64,000 nt of DNA from Takakia lepidozioides (Eukaryota > Plantae > Bryophyta): positions 43,648,001 through 43,712,000 of the forward strand of contig CM060733.1 of NCBI GenBank assembly GCA_030704615.1, written 5' to 3'. Shown piece after piece: positions 57,708 to 64,000 of this stretch. The stretch's first letter is position 1. Each line of letters begins with the position of its first letter. Under the pieces are notes generated by a model. That model ran no database searches. It had not been told where the DNA came from and saw nothing but the letters and a program-made list of their open reading frames with translations. The position numbers were made by a program, and so were the translations under genes.

Positions 57708-60700
57708 TCACTGGTCCCCTGGATCCATATTCAGAAGAGTGTGAACCTCCTGGGGGCTCAACCCTGGTGCATGTATGAAGTGATGAGTTGTGGAATTACA
57801 ACGGAGTCTCTTTAGGTACACGTAGTACAAATGCTTGCAAGGGCAGTATGATGCCCCCTTGTTCGCCATGATCTGGAAGTCGGTGCAATTGCAGGTGGGT
57901 AATTCTGAAATGGTGATGGTGTACACCTCATTGCGAACAGCTGAGCCCGCCGTGGCCATCTGATACACACGCCCGAATCCTGGTGGGGGCACTTCTGTCG
58001 AGCTCTGGATTGTACAGTTCATCCGAAGTGCATTCCCCATCCTTGTCTCGTTCACTTTTGAGGGAGGTCGCCGCCTCTTCTCGGTTTCCCCCAACGGTGT
58101 GTAGGATGCTTAGAGCTGTCGTGTCCCATTGTTCTTGCTCTCACAGGGGTCGGTGGTGGAGGCTGGAAGCGGAAATGGTTGTCTGGGGACGTCAGTGCGT
58201 TGCACCATCCGAAATCCTGCGGCGGTAAGGGCGTCGGCCTCAACCTGACTCAGATCGCAGCCTGGTTCCACCGGCCACACCGGGGGAGCCTCTGGCATTG
58301 TTTGTATGCCGTACTTGGGCTTTCCATACACGCAAGTCATAATGTCGTGCCTGCAGAACCAGAACTGGGTGGTTGTCGCCTCCGCAAACTTGTTTGGTCC
58401 TTCTAGGAGGGCAGGGCTCTGGATTCCCCAATGCCGAACACGAATTGGCAGAATCGGTCCTTCCTGGCGAGCGTCTTCTCCACATCTGGTGGACGTAGTG
58501 ACGGCCACAAGGGCAATCGCATATCATGCAGCAAGCCACGTACTAATTTTCCGAGGCAAACAATGGGCTTTGGGCCACAGGGAGAATTTGTGGGACGAAC
58601 AGCTTCGAGGTCCTGATCCGAAATGTCGACAGCATTGCGAGAGAAGATCGGGACGTCCTCTGCACCGCGAGGTGCACCTAGAGGGGGTCCGGACTCGCCC
58701 TTGTGAGGCAGATTGAAGAGGAACCTGGAAGAGGTTCCTGGGAATCCGACAGGAACATTCGGCAGCACCTCGAGTCCCCGTCACGTTGCCGCACAATGTG
58801 TCTTCCAGCAGTGGAAGCCAAGAAATCCAGATCGCCGTCGCCCAACCGGGACAATCGAAATGTCCGTAACAGAAAGACAAATGAACGAAAATGACAGCAG
58901 CCTACCTCCCCCGCATGTACTGTCCGAACTGTCGATACCGAAAATGCCACCACCCCAACCAGCTGTGCAATGCTCCCAGATTGGTTGTCTCCACTGCACC
59001 TGACGTGTTCCACCAAGCCTCGATGATAGCAAACTTAACCTCCGCGTCATCAAATGTGGGTGCATCCTTCCACGCCGTACAAAGGACACGGTGTTCAGCC
59101 TGGAATGAGCTAGCAACAAATTTGGTAGTGTAGTGGGATAGACTCTGCATCCAATGGAATCCACAGGATCTCTCTTTCCCCTCCATTGGAACATTGGGTC
59201 CTCACCGTACACACGCCGCACCGCTGCCCAGTTGGCCTGAGCGTTGTCTGCCATGAATCCCCTGAAATTGGGCTCTGGCAATCCCGCCCTTGCCATCTGC
59301 TCGTTTATGCCCTCCCACAGATGCATCTCGGACTGTGTGTCCTCCCCTTTCATCTCGCAGATTGCAATCGTCATGAGCCTCTTGGAGTGATAGTCATAAA
59401 CATGCGCACCCATAGTCACCCACTGATGGTTTGTAATTCGCTTGATGTGATCAAACATCACCCAAGCATTCGACAGTTTCCAGTTGTCATGCGAGTGACC
59501 AAGTCGACTCCACTCCCAGGCCCACACGTCGACATTTTGAAAATGTAACAACGATCGGATTCGCTGCCTTGCCCTGGAAACCTGCTACCTTGGATGTAGT
59601 CATATCCAGTCATTCGTTTCACCTCCAGGATTGAGTACATGTCCGACCCCCTGCCGAACTCCTGCTTGCAAGATACGATGTGATTCCGCACATTCGGACT
59701 ACAAACGTGCGAGACGGACTCCAAGAGGTCACGCATCTCGTCTTCGGTCAAGGGCTCTCGGTCGGAACCATCTTCAGACATGATTTTGCCAAGAGCAATC
59801 TTGTGGGCTGCCTTCAGCTGAATCTGCTTTGGTCTGGCTCCGGGGCTCAATTTCACCTCCTCTTTTATGATGTCGTGTGCTTCCTGCACAGCCTCACGCA
59901 TGTTGCCTCTCGCCAAGGGGTGGCAGTGGACCCCAACGTGTATGCAAGCTCTAGTCAAGTCCGGGAGCAAATGGATTACGTAATATTGCTTGGCTCTGCA
60001 CATGGACATGCACGTCGGTGGTTCTTTGCAATGTGCACACTTGAAAGAACCCGCAGGAGCTTGGCTGGAGACAATGAATGGATGATGCGTTGTGCCAGTC
60101 CAATCCGTCTCGTTTCTCCGCCCTCCTTTGGAGAGAAAGTGGAAGCAGGTGGGATTGAGGCACCTCAGCTTCCCCGCACAGAGGACATATCGTACACGAA
60201 CACCATCAGCAATTTTCGTGCTACTGGTCTTCGTCACACACCAGGGGTGTCCGTCATGCTTTCGATCCATGTCTGTTAACATCCCGGAGGCTTTGTTTGA
60301 CAAAGAAACAGGTGGAAACTCGAAGATGACATTGCCATCGACTTCGGGAGGCAGAAACGTTACCTTTCTGACTGGGAATTTGGCATAGTCGAGAGCAGCC
60401 AGCTCGGAGCGAGAACCATCGAGGTGATGTTGTCGTAGGAGCTGCACAATGGACCGGGTTGGAGTTATGCTCGAACATGCGTAGCACCTACAGAGACGTC
60501 CATGCCGGATTTGAACGACCGTGTGGAGGACATGGTACCTCAATGCAATCATCTTCCTCGTCGGAAATGTCGAATACGTCCACACGAGAAGCTATGGAGG
60601 GTCTTGACGGTCCAGGTCGGGAATGATTATCGTTGCATACCTCTCTGTTGGCAGTGGCCGCCTGTCGGTTTCCGGACTCCTTTGTGGATGGTGTGGGCAG

Positions 60701-60993
60701 CGACTGATTCGGAAAGGGAATGGGCATTCCCACAGCTCGGTACAGGATGGTGTCTGACGGGGGACGTGCCATTCGATTCCGCAACCTCCGTCGTTACCTA
60801 GCACGACAATGGTCTCGTCAACCTGTCCAGGAACATCCTTCCTTTCTTCTTCCAAATAAACTGTGCCCGGTTTGAGCTTGAATTTGGAACAAAGGTAAGT
60901 TTCAGTCACTCTGCAAAGTCCTCCCTCGTTTGGGATCCAGGCTCTCCCAAGTTGCGGAGGACAGCAAACTATAGCGTAGGAATTCGGAGCCAT
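57708..60993 (-). pseudogene. Family-C GCM-like/MULE/SWIM transposase, disrupted by frameshifts and an internal inversion
   Basis: Motifs: HDGHPWC...IHVGVHCHP; WVMFDHIKR...FMADNAQANW...CGFHWMQSL; CNCTDF..CPCKH. Confidence 0.85.
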
Positions 60994-61404
60994 CGAACAC
61001 CGCACGAAGTTGGCAAGTGCGAGGTTCAGTATAGCGACAGACCAAGGCTCACAGGCACCATGCGGAGTCCATCGACGATTGGAAGTCGCACATTGAAGTG
61101 GAAAGTATTGTTTCAAGCTACATGCATGAAGGTGGGAGGTTTGATTCCATAGCCAGTAAGTATGACAATGATGGCCGATTCGGCGACGAAATAACATCTC
61201 CTGACAGTTTCTCCTGAGGGTGGATCCAGCAGTATTCTCGGTGCAGACAGGAACGTTCGCACTGACAAGCCAGTACTGTTAGTTAAAACGGTCAGACAAC
61301 CAAGTTGTGCTCATCAAGACTGGCCGCAATTGTGTTGTTTCGGAACAATGCAACCCATTCAGGTTCCAGATTTCCCGTCCCGAGTGATTCTTTCGATTGC
61401 TGGT

Positions 61405-62650
61405 GGACGGAAATACGGCGCCGCATTTCCGTATTGCATCTTGGTCATGCACCAGAACGACGGAAATGCGGCACCGAGTTTCCGTCCGGGGGAAACCTTT
61501 ATACTCTCCAGAACGGAAATGCGGTAACGCATTTCCATCCAGCAAGCACGGTATGTGAAGGTGGAACGGAAATGCGGTACCGCATTTCCGTCCGAGTCGC
61601 ACTTTCCGACATTCCAGAACGGAAATGCGGCGCCGCATTTCCATTTTGTATCTGATGCATGGAGCCGAGTGCAATTCCGACCGATTGAGACATTCATACT
61701 ATCAGAACGGAAATGCGGCCGCATTTCCGTTCTGACTGAAAATCGTGAACCATCGGAACTGAAATGCGGCAGCGCATTTCCATCCGAGTCGCACCTCCCA
61801 ACATTCCAGAACGTAAATGCGGCACCGCATTTCCGTTCTGATGAAAAATCGTGAAACATCGGAACTGAAATGCGGTACCGCATTTCCGTCGGAGTCGCAC
61901 CTTCCGACAAAACGGAAATGCGGCGCCGCATTTCCGTTTTGTATGTGAGGCATGGAGTTGTGGAACGAAAATGCGGCACCGCATTTCCGCCAGGGTCAGA
62001 CCTTAATACTCTACAGAACGGAAATGCGGTACCGCATTTCCGTTCTGACTGAAAATCGTGAACAACGGGAACAGAAATGCGGCTCCGCATTTCCGTCCGA
62101 GTCGCACCTTCCGACATTCTCGAACGGAAATGCGGCGCCGCATTTCCGTTTTGTATACGGGCCTGGAGCTGTGGGACGGAAATGTGTGCCGCATTTCCAT
62201 CCATGTGAGACCTTCAAACTTTCCAGACAAGAAATGCGGCACCGCATTTCTGTCAGGTGAGACCTCTATACTTTCCCGAACGGAACGGCATTTCCTTCAT
62301 CAACTAAGGTATGTGAAGGGGAACGGAAATGCGGATTATTCAGATTGAAAATCATGAACCACGGGAACTGAAATGTTGTGCCCATTTCCGTCCAAATCGC
62401 ACCTTTCAACATTCCGAATGGAAATGCGGCGCCGCATTTCCCTTTTGATCTCATACATGGAGCTGTGGGACGGAAATGCGGCACCGTATTTCCGTTCAAC
62501 AACTAAGGTATGTGAAGGTGGAACGGAAATGCGGTGCCGCATTTTCTTCCAACAAGTACGGATGTGTAGCTTCGTGATGGTACTTAACGGAAATGCGGCG
62601 CCGCATTCGCATTTTCACTCCAACTCATCAGACGCTGGGACGGAAATGCC
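61405..62650. repeat. Family-C array of about 20 CGGAAATGCGGCGCCGCATTTCCG-type palindromes at 52-53-bp period
   Basis: A perfect 36-bp palindrome lies at 61907-61942. AAAT starts at 61411, 61464, 61517, 61570, 61623 ... 61969, 62022, 62075, 62128. Confidence 0.93.
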
Positions 62651-64000
62651 TTGAAATGTGAACACGTGAGCAACGGAATTGCTGCACATGTCGCACTCTA
62701 TCTGACTGAAGGGCATGAGGCGGCGCGGCCTGACCGTTGGATAATGATGTTTGTTTTTCGGACGGCAGGCGTACCCTGAACGATTCGAATTTCGTAATGA
62801 CAAAGTCCACGAGGAGACACTTTCGTCCAACCCTTTCGAACCCAAGTGGTGCATCACCGCCGTTTCATCTACTTTTGTCGTGTCTCCTCAGTCACCCCTC
62901 TCGCGCCCTTTCCATCTGCACTCTTTGCCCCTTTTCCCTCTCTGTTCTTCTTATGCTCGAACCTGAGAGGGGGGGAGTTCGTGCACCAGACAGAGACCTC
63001 GTCGCAAGCTCCGAAAATTATACTTCGGACGTAGGCCAATGCCGAAGGGGAGGAAGCAGATGCGTCTACAGGAGGAGATTGCCATCTCCGAGCAGCAGGC
63101 CACTCAGGCAACCCAGCCACCAGTGAGAGCTCCATGCGATCGGGCTGCGCGCAGCTGATCGAGCACCGAACCCCCCATTTTGCTTCTGTAATTCTTAGAC
63201 TGAATGCTAGGAGACTTGAATGCAGAACATGTTTGCATGCCTAACAGGAAAGGTGGACGTGCTGGAGGGATCGCAGGAATCCGAAGAGCCGCAGGAAGAG
63301 TCCGAGGAGCTAGCTGCAGCACGTACACCCACCCGATCCCGAGCGCGGGTATTCCTGCCGGGCCTAGCCCTGTGCGATTCAAAGACGCGGCTTCGAAGGG
63401 CAAGTTCAAAGCCCCAGAGATCGACTCGCGTTCTTCGGTCATGGAGAATCGCCAGCAGGGGTCGGGCCCTTCTCCAGCAAAGTCGAAGAAGAAGCAGCCC
63501 GTCCCTCTACTGGTTTCTGAACCGGCTCAGGCCGATTCACCCCCCCAACGCGAATGAAGCAGCAGGTAAAAGACAGATTCAATTGCAGCAGACACCTTCA
63601 CCTGCAAGGATGAGGAAGCAGAAGGCAATCAGGGCGACGGCCAAACAATCTCCCGCAAAACCGCTTCCACGAGCTGAAGCTCAGTTCCTGGAGGATTTCC
63701 CGCTTGCAGATGTTGGGGCCGACTCTGCTGCAGCGAAGGCAATGGGATCGACCGTTTCTGTCGATTTGGTACCGGAGGAGGGTGCTGCCGCTCAACGTTC
63801 GCAGCAAGACCTCACCACCGATGAGCAAGCAGGCCCGGAGGAGGCCTCTGCAATGGCAGAATTGCCCGCAGACAGGCCCCAGAGTGCAGCTCCAGTTGAG
63901 GATGCTCCAGCTGCTCAGCCCACTACCGGCACCTACAGACATGTCTCCGGAGGATTTCAAAAGTGCAGCGATAAAATGTTGGAGGAGACACACAGTAGCA

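Larger units (their letters stand above)
56850..64000. mobile_element. Sister MULE element (family C), inverted relative to A and running out of the window
   Basis: Terminus GAGGTTTTACTATTTCATGAGC plus ATGAGC repeats, then a minus-strand transposase, a palindrome array, and a low-complexity coding-like region on the plus strand. Confidence 0.82.

Noticed and set aside
61405-62650. CRISPR-like look: palindromic repeat plus ~25-30-bp spacers at a fixed period (also 25990-26280)
   Set aside because: The spacers fall into a few recurring classes produced by duplication, the repeats are degenerate, there are no cas genes, and the context is eukaryotic and intron-containing.

Overview
This is repeat-dense eukaryotic DNA with spliceosomal introns and plant-type LTR retrotransposons. 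It is probably from a non-seed land plant (inference). I could not recognise any ordinary host gene; the window is almost entirely nested transposable elements. (1) A young, intact chromovirus-type Ty3/Gypsy element (8383-15351, minus strand; TTGAG TSD, ~720-bp LTRs, single gag-pol ORF with chromodomain) is inserted just after a Copia remnant. Many fragments of other Gypsy elements are also present. (2) The main discovery is a family of ~13-kb Mutator-like DNA transposons. The complete copy is at 18522-31918, and partial or sister copies lie at 3376-7270, 35220-37389, 48387-50581, 53271-56849 and 56850->64000. The complete element carries two divergent genes. One is a GCM-like Zn domain + MULE DDE + SWIM transposase. 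The other is an intron-containing gene that fuses a ParB/Srx-like domain (WDGNHR) to a beta-class N6A/N4C DNA-methyltransferase-like domain with a non-canonical (D/N)IPDG motif. Between the genes, inside one intron and near the right end are arrays of 20-36-bp CG-centred palindromes. These palindromes are family-specific, differ between families by compensatory changes in both arms, and are mostly spaced at integer multiples of ~10.5 bp (53, 74, 84, 94-95, 115-116 bp). This looks like a transposon-borne ParB/parS-like plus methyltransferase self-recognition system. Many reading frames carry single-base frameshifts, some of which may be sequencing errors. All protein family calls are by eye from motifs; no searches were run.
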